Positions 22,904 to 35,932 are shown, counted from the first letter of the stretch. The stretch is 43,117 nt of DNA from Dimorphilus gyrociliatus (GCA_904063045.1 CAJFCJ010000167.1:10854-53970); one strand, 5' to 3'. A program made the numbers and translations. Notes: generated by a model not told the origin, from the letters alone.

Positions 22904-24209
22904 AGCATTTAATAATTACTCTAGTTTTACAACAGTTTAATTCTAATAAATAAATAAAAGTTTGATACTTTTTTCTTATGTTATATCTCTAATATAATAT
23001 TTGTATTAGAAACAATTTAATTAGAACACAATAAATAAAGTATCAGTTAAATACACATTAAAGTCTATTCAAGATTTAAATAGTTTATAAGACTTTTTAA
23101 TAATATTCTAGTAAAAATATAATCTTTTATTCTTTAAATAAATTGTTTTTAAGGTCTATCATTGGATAATAATAAATGTTTAATACTGAATTTAATAATA
23201 AGAAAAATATTTGACATTAATAAACAAATTTTTATTCTATCTAAATAGTTCAATTAACAACTATTAAACTTAAGTCAACCGATAAATTTGATCTTTTAAA
23301 TAAACAATCTATTAATATAAGAAAAACACGATATATTAGTTATATAATTAATATAATTTTGTTGAGTGAATATTTGAAGATATAATTTAATATGACTGTA
23401 TTTTTATAAAGATTTAATTGAATAAAAATAGAGTTTAATCTTCAACAACAAACAATTCTGATACACTTAAAATACTATTTTTCTATTCTCGTATCTTTCT
23501 AAGGCATACATATTATTAGAGATATCATTGGGTGCTACCATTTATACGATATCTCTAAAGCTAATCGCTTTCTCGCCTCTTACCTTTCTAAATCTGTTAT
23601 AAATAATCTTATATAAATGAATAGATCCGATAAACGTATTTTCAGACAGACTAGCTAGTTTGTCAGGTTTTCCTACAAAATATCCATTATTGCTTTTGAT
23701 GCTAAAAAATAATTTATAATACCTTTTACTTGTAAAATACATCTCCCACAATATAAAACACAGAAGTAAACAACATTGCTACTATTAAAATTACTCTCTT
23801 TAGGTCTTAGAGATTGACGTCGTTTTAATATTTTATATGCACCCGTATTATATGTATTGTTAGATACAAAATGTACAAGGTTTAGTAAATCTCTAAATTT
23901 ACTATGTACTATTTTATGAGAATTTTCTATGATAACTTAATTTGAAATATGATGGTTGGTTCATAGAAGTCTTCATTTTTGCAATAAGATGAATAGCCCC
24001 TATAACCTTTTACTTCATGATTTGGGATAGTTTGTTTGTTCCATCTCCTGAAATACGTTTATTTGTTGTATAAATGAATTTAAGACATATAAATTTTAGA
24101 AGACAGTCTATTAAAGGCCAAAATAAACATTTCAAGAAATAGTAATTCTAAATAAATGTACACATATTCTCTAATGATATATAAAATTATAATATAAAAA
24201 ATAACAACT

Positions 24210-25120
24210 NNNNNNNNNNNNNNNNNNNNNNNNNNNNNNNNNNNNNNNNNNNNNNNNNNNNNNNNNNNNNNNNNNNNNNNNNNNNNNNNNNNNNNNNNNN
24301 NNNNNNNNNNNNNNNNNNNNNNNNNNNNNNNNNNNNNNNNNNNNNNNNNNNNNNNNNNNNNNNNNNNNNNNNNNNNNNNNNNNNNNNNNNNNNNNNNNNN
24401 NNNNNNNNNNNNNNNNNNNNNNNNNNNNNNNNNNNNNNNNNNNNNNNNNNNNNNNNNNNNNNNNNNNNNNNNNNNNNNNNNNNNNNNNNNNNNNNNNNNN
24501 NNNNNNNNNNNNNNNNNNNNNNNNNNNNNNNNNNNNNNNNNNNNNNNNNNNNNNNNNNNNNNNNNNNNNNNNNNNNNNNNNNNNNNNNNNNNNNNNNNNN
24601 NNNNNNNNNNNNNNNNNNNNNNNNNNNNNNNNNNNNNNNNNNNNNNNNNNNNNNNNNNNNNNNNNNNNNNNNNNNNNNNNNNNNNNNNNNNNNNNNNNNN
24701 NNNNNNNNNNNNNNNNNNNNNNNNNNNNNNNNNNNNNNNNNNNNNNNNNNNNNNNNNNNNNNNNNNNNNNNNNNNNNNNNNNNNNNNNNNNNNNNNNNNN
24801 NNNNNNNNNNNNNNNNNNNNNNNNNNNNNNNNNNNNNNNNNNNNNNNNNNNNNNNNNNNNNNNNNNNNNNNNNNNNNNNNNNNNNNNNNNNNNNNNNNNN
24901 NNNNNNNNNNNNNNNNNNNNNNNNNNNNNNNNNNNNNNNNNNNNNNNNNNNNNNNNNNNNNNNNNNNNNNNNNNNNNNNNNNNNNNNNNNNNNNNNNNNN
25001 NNNNNNNNNNNNNNNNNNNNNNNNNNNNNNNNNNNNNNNNNNNNNNNNNNNNNNNNNNNNNNNNNNNNNNNNNNNNNNNNNNNNNNNNNNNNNNNNNNNN
25101 NNNNNNNNNNNNNNNNNNNN
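24210..25120. other. Assembly gap (911 N)
   Basis: Run of N. Confidence 1.
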
Positions 25121-25873
25121 TGATTATCATCAGTCTCTGCCAGAGCAGCTTTATAAGCACTCCATTCATCTGTAATAATTGTGGTGCCTATCTCTACATT
25201 ATCTAATATGACTCCTTTGAGAGTTTCTTTTTTTTTTATCAGGTACCTGAACAACAAAAATATTTGATGTACCTCTTTCGATTCCACCAACATACCAACA
25301 TTATTCTAATAGCCATCCTCGATTATACTTTCTTTTAAAAAATAAGCTCTCATCAATTCCACCTATACATGTTCTAGTAAAATTAAAATTCAAATCAATA
25401 GCTTCCAAGATAATTTTTCCCATTTAGAAACAGTTTTTCTCATATACTAGAATCGTGTCCTATCACACATTTGTTGATTCCAAAAAGTAAGTTAATTTTG
25501 ATTTTTAATAAAATTTTTAATGGAATTCTTGATTTGTAAAAATTTATATCTTACAGATTGTTTTTTCTTGCACTGTCTACAAATAAATTTGTAACCATCT
25601 GTTATTTTTTTATCCTCATGTAAATACATCTTTATGTCACATGGTTGACATATTTGAGTGTTGTTTAATAATCTTTACCTATCCATAAACATGATTATAT
25701 CTTTTTTCTCAGATAAAGATTCTATATAATCAGCAGTTAAATTATATGATTTTATTTCAGAAAAAGATAATATTTCTGACTCAGAAACAATAAAATTAAA
25801 ATTTTTAATATTAACCATTTTTTAAGGGAGGGTCCTTTAAAATTTTCAAAAAACCCTTATATTTCCATTAACC
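25121..25873 (-). mobile_element. Merlin transposon, degenerate and truncated by the gap
   Basis: End GGTTAATGG at 25873 (minus strand), then CCCTCCC before ATG 25818. Zn-ribbon remnants (ICQPC, FICRQCKK) and VILDNVEIGTTIITDEWSAY. Confidence 0.75.
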
Positions 25874-25930
25874 TAATAGCCTTAAAATCTAGTACAAATT
25901 CACTAATGAAAGAAAATCCGAATGAAGTTT

Positions 25931-27117
25931 GGTTCAAGTCCGTTATAAGTGGCTTTTGAGATTATAAGTGGCTTTTGAATTTTTTATTATATACCCCTGA
26001 AAAATGAGAATTTCAATAAAAAAATAATAGGTCAAATTTTATATATAATAACGATTACATTAAAAGTTTAAGTTTTACTGAAAAATTTTTATAAGAATTT
26101 TTATCAACAAAGTCAGGTACTAACAGGTTATGTGCGATGTTAGGGTTAATAGATAATGAAAAGAAGTGTGAGAGATGTGAAAGGATGATGAATTATGTAA
26201 TTTCATCTAAAAACATAGATGGCTTTATGTGGAGGTGTTTATGTAAAAAACACTTAGTATAAGATTTGGTAGTTATTTTTACAACACAAGGATTGAACTA
26301 TCCTTGATTATTAAAATAATTTACAAATTAGCTAAGGACATCGAAATTGAACACATTGCAAGTGATTTAGACCTGGACTAAAAAACAGTCTCTCTTTGGT
26401 CAAGACTTATGAGAGAAGCAGCTGCTTATAAAATTATAGAATCAAATACTATGCTTGGGGAATAGATGAAAATGGAGAATCAAAAATTGTAGAAATAGAT
26501 GAAAGCCTCTTTTTCAAACGAAAATACAACAGAGGAAGAATAATAAATGGGCAATGGTATGTAGCTGGTATTGAAAGAGGTACTAAAAGCTGTTTCATAG
26601 TGCCAACTGATAGGAGAAATGCTGCTGAAATGAAGCAAATTATATTAAATAACATTTGTCCAGGTACTCATATTATTACAGATGAGTGGAAAGCTTATGA
26701 TGCAGCTGTTAACAGAATAAACGATGAACAGAGGCATATATTAGAACATAATGAAGTTAATCATACATATGAATTTATAAGCCCACTTGATCCACGCGTG
26801 CATACACAGTCTGTTGGAGGCCTTTTCTCACAATCTAAGTACTGGCTTCGAAAAAAAAGAGGTGTAAAACAAGAAGAACAATATTTATACTTATTAGAAT
26901 TCTTGTGGAAATATAGTGTAGACAAAAAGGAAAGTTTTAATGAAATTGTTTTATTATTAAAATTAAGAGATTGATATTTTTTTAGCTTCTTTAATAAATC
27001 AAAAAAAAATATATTTTTTACTCTATACAAGTTTTTTTCTCTTATTTAAACTTTTGTAAATTTTTCTCAGGGGTATATAATAAAAAATTCAAAAGCCACT
27101 TATAACGGACTTGAACC
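25931..27117 (+). mobile_element. Merlin transposon with frameshifted transposase
   Basis: TIRs GGTTCAAGTCCGTTATAAGTGG...ATACCCCTGA; the left copy carries a 19-bp internal duplication. Flanks TGAAGTTT and TGAAGTTC. Motifs IVEIDES, IITDEWKAY, VNHTYEF and HTQSVGG. Confidence 0.9.
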
Positions 27118-27509
27118 TGAAGTTCATTAAACATAAATTTATTAATTAATACTTAAAAATTGATAATTAAATTAGCTATAAGAGGATTCTAAGATGGAGA
27201 AAATCTTTTTTTTTGAAAGGCTTTTTTCCCTTCTCTTGAATTTTTTCTATGAAAAGTATCACTTATTGATCGAGGGGCTGAAATAATTCTCATTACCCCA
27301 AAATATTTATTTATAAACAATAGGAATTGATGCTTTGATGTACTTTTAATAAATTCATTCAATTAGTTTTTATTATAACCAGATTTTGAAGAAAACAAAA
27401 AAAAAACTCTAATAATCCCTTTTCCTAGACAACCTCTATTTTCTTAAAATCACTTTAGTGATCGAAGGGGGGGTTAATATACTTTACACCTGCCAATGTT
27501 TTTATTTTC

Positions 27510-27749
27510 TCTGTAATAAAAAAACACTATTTTACTCTAATTTAAATACTTGATTAGTTGTAGAAATCTAGCTTTTATAATATAATAAATACAAATCTCT
27601 AATTATTATTATTATTATTATTATTTCTACCAATTATTCTGTTAATTAAAGTGTTCTCAATCTACTTAATCTTGTAAAAAATAAAAATTTATATTTAAAA
27701 GTTATTAAACACGTGATTGTAAGTAATTTTATATAACAATTAGAAAAGA
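27510..27749 (-). repeat. About 240-bp inverted duplicate of 37318-37573 containing one CACGTG satellite unit
   Basis: The reverse complement aligns closely with 37318-37573 (e.g. AGCTAGATTTCTACAACTAATCAAGTATTTAAATTAGA). Confidence 0.9.
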
Positions 27750-28010
27750 CTATCAAAAACGGAGTATAATTTTATATTTTAAAAGATATATAAAAGTTAT
27801 ATAAAATATATATATAATAATTATAAAAGATATATAAAATATATATAAAAGACATATAAAATAAATACAAATAGGTATAAAATAAATACAAATAAATATA
27901 CAAACAATACAAATAAATATAAAATAAATATAATATATTAAAAAAAACTATTCTAAAACAAATTAAGTTTTAAAATTCTTTTTTCTCTCTCCAAAAAAAA
28001 GTTATCCAAA

Positions 28011-28286
28011 ATGAAAACAAACTCTGAAATAAATTTTATAAATAAAGACGCACCTGATGATGTTGTAGAATACGTAGTACAATTTATAAGAGAAGCAGAT
28101 ATCGAACATCCAACACAAACAGTAAAACTACTAAGAAGTAGTCTTGATAAGAAATTTGGGAAGGGATGGTCAGTTTTTATAGGAGGACATTACTTTGGAA
28201 GCTGTAATTATTTAGAAGGGAAGTGTTTGGAGTTTGAAATAGAGAGTTACAGAGTTTTAGTTATTAAATGTTGTGTAAGTGTTTAA
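28011..28286 (+). CDS. Dynein light chain LC8-like protein
   Basis: 91 aa. LDKKFGKGWSVFIGGHYFGS resembles LC8 FDKKYNPTWHCIVGRNFGS. Confidence 0.7.
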   Translation: MKTNSEINFINKDAPDDVVEYVVQFIREADIEHPTQTVKLLRSSLDKKFGKGWSVFIGGHYFGSCNYLEGKCLEFEIESYRVLVIKCCVSV

Positions 28287-28787
28287 AATTGTTTTATTGT
28301 ATAAATTTATATAAATTTATATATACATAATTGCTTTGTATTGTTCTATATACTATTTTATATATAGATTTATAGTATTACAAGTATTACTATAAGTCTT
28401 TAAATAAATAAATAAAGATTTTTTTAATTTTATTTTAATAATGTTTTATTTATGCATTTAAAAATATATAAAATTAAAAAAAGTGTTAAAAATTAAAAAA
28501 AATGTTAAAAATGTTAAAAATTATATAAAAAATTATATAAAATAATATAAAATTAAAAAATAAAAAATTAAAAAAAATGTAAAAAATGTAAAAAATGTTA
28601 AAAATGTTAAAAATTAAAAAATTAAAAAATCAATAGTATATAAAATAATATAAAATAATATAAATAAAATTATATAAAATAATATAAAATTAAAAAATAA
28701 AATTAAAATATAAAATTATATATAAAATTATATAAAATAATATAAAATAATATAAATAAAATTAAAATATTTTTTTTAAAACCCAAA

Positions 28788-31252
28788 ATGAAAATAAAAA
28801 AGAATATAAAAAATTTTTAGACATTTATGCAGATGAATCCTCTTCAAAAGAAGAAGAACAAATAATTGTAGATAATGATAACATAGAAAATAGTATAGAA
28901 AATGTAGATATAAATAATATAGATATAGATAATATAAATTTAAAAGAATTAGATATAAATAGTATAGATATAAATTATAATTCGTATAGAAAAATATTCA
29001 ATTTTAATAGAAAATTAATTTTAGATAAAATAAAAAAATTAGATAAAAATTATTTAAAAATTTTACCTAACCTAATAAATAAAGAATTAACAGAAATTTT
29101 AAAAAAACCTAATAATTTATTATTTTTAATGAATTATAAACATTCACCTAAAATAATAAAAGAAATGATAAATTATATAAAAGATAAAGAATTATTTTAT
29201 AGTATATTAAAGAATTACAATTTTTTTGAGTATTTAATAAAATATTATATAAATATAGACAGTGAAGTATATGAATATATAATAATAGATTACATAAATA
29301 ATATAAATAATACAAATGATAAAAATAGTATAAATGATACAAATGATATAAACAATACATCTATAAATGATAAAAATAGTATAAATAATAATTATAATAA
29401 AAATGATAAAAATAGTATAAATAATAATAAAAATAAAAAAATAATAATTATATTATAAATGATTTAAATACATCTATACATAAACAATCTATGGATATAA
29501 ATGATAAAAATAGTATAAATAATAATAAAAATAAAAAAAATAATAATTATATTATAAATGATTTAAATACATCTATACATAAACAATCTATGGATATAAA
29601 TGATATAAATGATAAAAATAGTATAAATAATATAAATAATAATAATGATATAAACAATACATCTATACATAAACAATCTATAGATATAAATAACATAAAT
29701 AATAATTATAATAAAAAAAATAATAATTATATTATAAATGATTTAAATACATCTATACATAAACAATCTATAGATATAGATAATTTTAATATTCCTAAAC
29801 AAATAATAAAAAAAGTATTTCCAGATGAAATTCAATTTAAACCTAAACAATTAATAAATGAAAAAAAATTAATAAATGAAAAAAAAATAAATTTTATAAA
29901 AAATAAAAATATAGAAATATTAAATTTAATAACACCAAAAGTATTAGAATATAAATTTTCACCTAAAATAATTTATTTATTAAAAATTGATTATAAAAAA
30001 TATAATTTAATTTTTATAAAGAATTACACAAGAATAATAGAAAATATTAACAGTAAAATAATTAATAAAAGAATTGATATAGATAATAAAAGAATTGATA
30101 TAGATAATATAGATGTAAATAATTATTGTTTATTACAATTGATAAAATCATTGAATTATAAAAAAATAAAAATTAATTTTTTAGATAAAAAAATAATAAA
30201 AAATATATTTTTAAATAGAATCAATGAAATATCAATAGAATTAATATATAATATTTTATTAATAGAAAAATTAAATATAAATAATATAGATAATATAAAT
30301 AATAAATTAATAGATAATAATAAAGATTATATAAATGATATTAATGATATAGAAAAATTAAATAGTATAAATAATAATAAAGATATTAATGATATAGAAA
30401 ATATTAATGATATTAATGATATAGATAATAAATTAATAGATAATATAAATGATATAGAAAATAATAAAAATGATATTAATGATATAGATAATATAAATGA
30501 TAAATTAATAGATAATAAATTAAATAATACATTAATAGATAATAAATTAAATAAGATTAAGATTAAGAATTGTATTTCTTATAATCTTATTTTAAAATAT
30601 TTAAATGATATCTTTGAATTATTAAGATTATCTTTACAAAAGAATGATAAAAAAATAATTTTTATAATTTTTAATATTTTAGAAATTATTTTAGAAAATA
30701 ATAAAAATTATATTTTTAAATTAAGTTATTTAATATTAATAAGAAATATAAATAATAATATTAAACATAGATTTATAAATAAATATTATAAATTTATTAT
30801 AAAAAAATTAAAAAATAATATTTTTGAATCAGTAAAAATATTTTTTAATACAAACAATACAAATAATATAAATAGAGATATTAATGATATAGATAATCAT
30901 ATTAATGATAATAATAGAGATATTAATTATAATAGAGATAATAATCATTTTAATAATGATATAGAAAATAATCATATTAATGATAATAATAGAGATATTA
31001 ATGATAATAATGATAATAATAGAGATATTAATTATAATAATGATATTAATAATATAAATAATACATTTATAAATAATAATAAAATAATATTATTTTAGAT
31101 AATTATACAAGTGATGGTGTTTTTGGTAGTAGCTTAGATAATAATTTATTTAAAAAATATAGAAAATTAGAAAATAATAATTTAGAAAATAATTTAAAAA
31201 TAAAAAATAAAAAAAAATTAAATTAAAAATTGAAGATAGTGATAGTTTATAA
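28788..31252 (+). CDS. Large hypothetical protein with N/I/D low-complexity insertions, broken by homopolymer frameshifts
   Basis: CCC-AAA-ATG at 28788. One frame runs from 28802 into ORF 29129, then ORF 29491-31098, then a tail (DNYTSDGVFGSSLDIIYLK) to TAA at about 31252. The break near 29440 has 7 A where the next repeat copy has 8. Confidence 0.65.
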
Positions 31253-31541
31253 TAATTAAATTATATTTTTATTTTTTTTAATTTTTTCAAATTTTTTAAT
31301 TTTTTAATTTTTAATAATTTTCTTAATTTTTAATTTTTAAATTTTTTTAAATAATTAAATTATATATTTATTTTAATTTTTTAAATTTTTTAATTTTTTA
31401 ATTTTTAATTTTTAATTTTTTTTAAATTTTTTAACTTTTTTTAATTTTTATTAAATACGATTGTTTTAAATTTTTTTAATTTTTAAATTTTTTTTAAATC
31501 ATTTACTTCTAAATAGAATCTTCAACTTAAAATTTTTTAGT

Positions 31542-32786
31542 TTACGAGCAATTTGGTGTCACATTGTAATTATCAACATGACATAAATTTACTACTGATA
31601 ATTGAATAGAATCTGCTTCAGTAATGTATTCTTTAACACCATCTACAATAATATCTGCTGGTATTTCATCAATTATTTTAGTAAGACTATATTTCTCATT
31701 ATCAATTAAGTTGGCATCCGCATACTTAAACATTTCATCTAATACATCTCTTTCTACATGAGATGAAGAATCTTCTCCATATTTGATATATAGTTTAGTT
31801 GTATCTGGATATTCTTCTCTTAGAGTTGAACTTGCTGTCATCCTTTTTATATAACTTAAAAGTAGGTCGTTTTCTGCTTTAGACATCTCATGAATTAATT
31901 CTGATGGATTGTTAGTACCTGGTTTGCTTGAAAACATTGGATCTATATTGTTATCTCTTTTAGTAGCGTTAATGTTTTTTCTTACTACGTTGTCATATTC
32001 ACTTCCTTGTGATAATAAACCAATGGTTGTGTGGTCTGTGTAGTGCTCACCTTCTTTCATTTTAAGAATTTCAATATTAAAACCACCTGTGATAGACTCT
32101 AAATAGCTGCAACCACTGTTTCCTATCTTTTCATGGTTGTTTCTAATCTTTTGGCCCTGTTTAATCATCTCATTAGATAATGCAAAAAGCCATTTATGTG
32201 CTACTTCTTTTGCGTATAATTTATACTCTGCTATTTTAGGATTATCTTCTAACTTCATTAACACTACCAAATCACAAGGATACTTACTTCCAAATATCTT
32301 AGGTACTCCTACAAGATTAACTTTCAATCCTTTTTCTATCTCCTTTTGTAGTATTAAATGTTTTTTATATAAACAAGTTTCCATAAAACGTTTAAACTCA
32401 ACCATCAAATTGTTCGGTAATGATTTTTGGTTGTACGTTTTACGGTTGATGTCTAATGACATTTCAAATAGTGATTCGTGGTGTCTGTCTTCTTTGGTTG
32501 ATGCGACAAGGTTACAATCCATTCTTTTAACTATGTGGGGAATTAGCTTGCCAGGTTTTATTAAAAGTAATATACCAAAACAAGGCTTTGTCGCTGTAAT
32601 TGGAGTGTTGTCAAATGAAACAGAGCTTGAACTCCAATTTAACCTTTTTATACTACTTTGTATTAAGTTATTTAGGTTATCTTGTGTGGTATACAACGCT
32701 TTTATAGTATTTAGATCAAGACTTTCCAAATTGAGACGAATTATTCCTTTTATGAAAACACCTAAATAGAATCAATTGAATAGCAT
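31542..32786 (-). CDS. Putative secreted hypothetical protein with a TGA at codon 5
   Basis: In-frame ATG 32786 gives MLFN*FYLGVFIKGIIRLNLESLDL..., then about 410 open codons. The track start at 32729 is TTG. Confidence 0.65.
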
Positions 32787-33081
32787 ACAAAACAACTGGA
32801 TATGATTTTACTATCTTTTTAATTAAATTACCAAACCTTCCTAATATAATACAATAATAATAATATTTTATTGACATATTCTATTAAATAATATTTTACT
32901 AATTTCATATTTTACTAATTTTTATTAACTAATAGAATTTCTTGATTTATTTGTAAAATAAGATTGTTTTATATATCCTTCTCTTATATTATAAAAATAG
33001 AAATATAAAAGATTATATTTTATTTATCGTTTAGCAGTTAAGTTGAAAATCTTGAAAGATTTTGTAACAAAATGAAATATA

Positions 33082-34469
33082 GAGTTTTCTTAAAAAAAAA
33101 GAGATATATTTTTTGAATAAGTGTGTATAAATTTAACCTTAAAAAATAAACCTTTTACATAAATATTAGTAAACACTTTGATATACTTGAAATTTTTTAA
33201 AATCTGATAAAGCTTATTTTTTTCTGATATCAAAAACAAATGTGACACACTAATTTATTTTTCTATATAGCCACCTTTTGCTCTATAAAGAGATAAAGAT
33301 CTTTTTTTGAATGATAATGTTAGTTTTTGACACGTTTCTATTGGTATACTCTTCCATTCCCTTCTTATTGCTAACTTTAAATCTTTTTTGTTATTAAAGG
33401 TTATTTCAGATTCTTGACTTAATAATCCCCATAGGTTCTCAATTGGGTTGAAATCGGGGGATTGGGCCGGCCATGACTCTACTACACTGTTATTTTCAGT
33501 AAAAACTCTTTAGCTAGTTTACTCGTATGCTTTGGGTCGTCATCCTGGACAAAGCTATAGCTGATCAGCTTCATTTTCTCTACAGAATTAAATAAACTTG
33601 AGTTAAGCATGCTATAATAATAAGGAAATCCATTTTAACATCTATAAACACTAGTTCACCCACTCCATTACTGAGCTACCTCCAAATTTTAAAGTTTTTT
33701 TTATGTTCCAAACTTCATAACTAGTACCAGGTTTCCTCCAAATATTTTGCTTTCCATCGGAATTCTGTAGGTTAAATTTCGATATATCACTAAAAACCAT
33801 TCTCTTTCTTTCGATTAAGGGAAATTTTATTCATCTCTTACTAGCTTCATATCTAGCTGAGGTGTGTCGTGGGTTTAATAAAGGCTTTTTTTTTTGTTTT
33901 ACAGAAAGATAGTTCAAATTTTTCTAATGGAAACATGTGAGAGTGAACATCCTACCTCATTTTTAATTGTATCAATGATCTTTCTACACGAAACCTTGTT
34001 ATCTTCTTTAACTTTTTTGATCAAATGGGCTGCTACCTCCATATTGAGCTTACTAGGCCTACCATTGTTGCATAAATATTTTGTAATACCATGTTTTCCC
34101 TGTTTTGTTATTATATTATGTACTGAAGATCGAGGTATTGATAGGATATCAGAGGTTTTCGTAATTGAGTAACCTGCTTTTTTTAACCCTAATACCTCTC
34201 CTTTTCGCTCGATTGTATAATGTACACCCATGGAAGGGTATACCCCTGTAATATTTATATGAGAGTGGAGGGAAAATGTATATTAAAGGTGTCCCATTTT
34301 TTTTAACACTTTTTTTTTAGATAGCAGTAAAAATATAAGCTTTATCAGATTTTAGAAAAATTAAAGTATATCAAAGTGTTTACTAATATTTATATAAAAG
34401 GTTTATCTTTTAAGGTTAAATTTAGACACACTTATTCAGAAAATGCACCCTATTGATTTTAACATACTG
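33082..34469 (-). mobile_element. Tc1-family (DD34E) transposon, degenerate
   Basis: About 140-bp diverged TIRs (about 33100-33245 and 34310-34469), right end CTG followed by TA. HTH ORF from ATG 34231, plus FVQDDDPKHTSKLAK and WPAQSPDFNPIENLW. The left boundary is approximate. Confidence 0.8.
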
Positions 34470-34635
34470 TATAATCATGTTTTTACCTTTTTCGAGTATT
34501 TTTTTCGCATCATTTTATCGATGTTTGATCAAAAAAACCAAAAATTTCAACATAAGGTGGAAAAAAAGGATTATTTCATATTTATCTTATCTACCTCCAT
34601 AAATAGCGATAGTTCTCCTTAATTTGTACCCCTTA

Positions 34636-35610
34636 ATGGGAAAATATATTACACCTGAGGTTTTCGGTCAGATAAAAGCAATGAGAGATCTAAAGATTCC
34701 ATATAAGGAAAAATTGAAAATTCCGCATACAACTGTTTATATACATGGTATTTTATGTAATAAAACTTACAATCTAATAAGAAAAACAGGATCAGGGTGA
34801 AAGGACTCACTTTCACAAGAACATTTTAGATTTATCAAATCTAAAATGGATGAAGATAAAAATTGTACGCCAAAAAAGCTATCAAAACTATTAGATGAAA
34901 ATCAAGGAATAGTTGTTTCCAGGAGGACCATCTCTAACTACTTAAACAAGATAGGATTTCAAAGTATAGCTCATTGTATTAGACCACTTCTAACAGCTAA
35001 ACATAAAATTACTAGATACAAGATATCTAAAAATTGGTTATTAAAGCTAACAGAGTGACGGAAGCAAGTTATATTCTCAAATGAAAGCAAATTTAATTTA
35101 TTTGGGAATGATGGTAAGCATAAAAGAAGGATTCCTGCCGGGAAAAGGTTAAATTCTCGATATTCAATTAAAACAATTAAATATGGAGACGGAACAGTGA
35201 TGGTGTGGGGAAGCTTGTTTTTATAGATGAAATAATGGATGCCTCTTTATATGTAAACATTCTAGCGTAAAATCGCAAGCCTCAAATGAAAATATGGGTT
35301 CACTAATTACTTCTTCCAACAAGATAACAACTCTAAGCATACATCAAAGCTTGCTAAGACATATTTTAGAGAAAACAATATCAAATTAATAAGCTGGGTA
35401 TCTAACTCGCCCGATTTAAACCCAATTGAACCCCTCTGGGCTATTATTAAGAGGAGTTTGAAGGATAAAACACTAAAAAACAAGAGAGAGTTAAAAAGGT
35501 TAATAATGGAAGAATGAATAAAAACATCTCCCGATTTGTGTAGAAATCTATTAATGGGAATGCTACATAGAGCTAGACAATGTTTTCTAACAAAGAAAAG
35601 CCATATTAAT
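34636..35610 (+). pseudogene. Tc1-family transposase pseudogene
   Basis: CCCC-TTA-ATG at 34636. Motifs VIFSNESKFNLF, TIKYGDGTVMVWG, QQDNNSKHTSKLAK and NSPDLNPIEPLW, with stops and frameshifts. No clear TIRs. Confidence 0.8.
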
Positions 35611-35646
35611 AAATAAATATGAAACGATCTGTTTTTTCCCTCCCCT

Positions 35647-35932
35647 GTATATTCTATTAAAAGTTAATATAAATACGTATTTTACTATATTAGTATATAT
35701 TCTATTAAAAGTTAATATAAACATATATTTTAGTATATTAGTATACATTCTATTAAAAGTTAATATAAACATATATTTTAGTATATTAGTATACATTCTA
35801 TTAAAAGTTAATATAAACATATATTTTAGTATATTAGTATACATTCTATTAATATAAACATATATTTTAGTATATTAGTATATATTCTATTAAAAATTAA
35901 TAAATACGTATTTTACTATATTAGTATATATT
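35647..35932. repeat. 48-bp minisatellite, about 6 copies
   Basis: TATACATTCTATTAAAAGTTAATATAAACATATATTTTAGTATATTAG repeats; these generate the repetitive ORF 35587-35844. Confidence 0.9.

Noticed and set aside
23500-24200. ORF 23542-23751 and surrounding coding-like sequence
   Set aside because: Short, interrupted, with no identifiable family.
24171-25293. 332-aa and 368-aa ORFs in the track
   Set aside because: Artefacts of translating through the N gap. Only the Merlin fragment at 25121-25293 is real.
27421-27465. Helitron 3' terminus (hairpin plus CTAG on the minus strand)
   Set aside because: The stem is only 5-6 bp and AT-rich, lies about 20 nt from CTAG, and CTAG is not followed by the expected T.
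31542-32786. Endogenous viral gene
   Set aside because: No viral motif was recognised. A signal-peptide-like start fits a lineage-specific secreted protein better.
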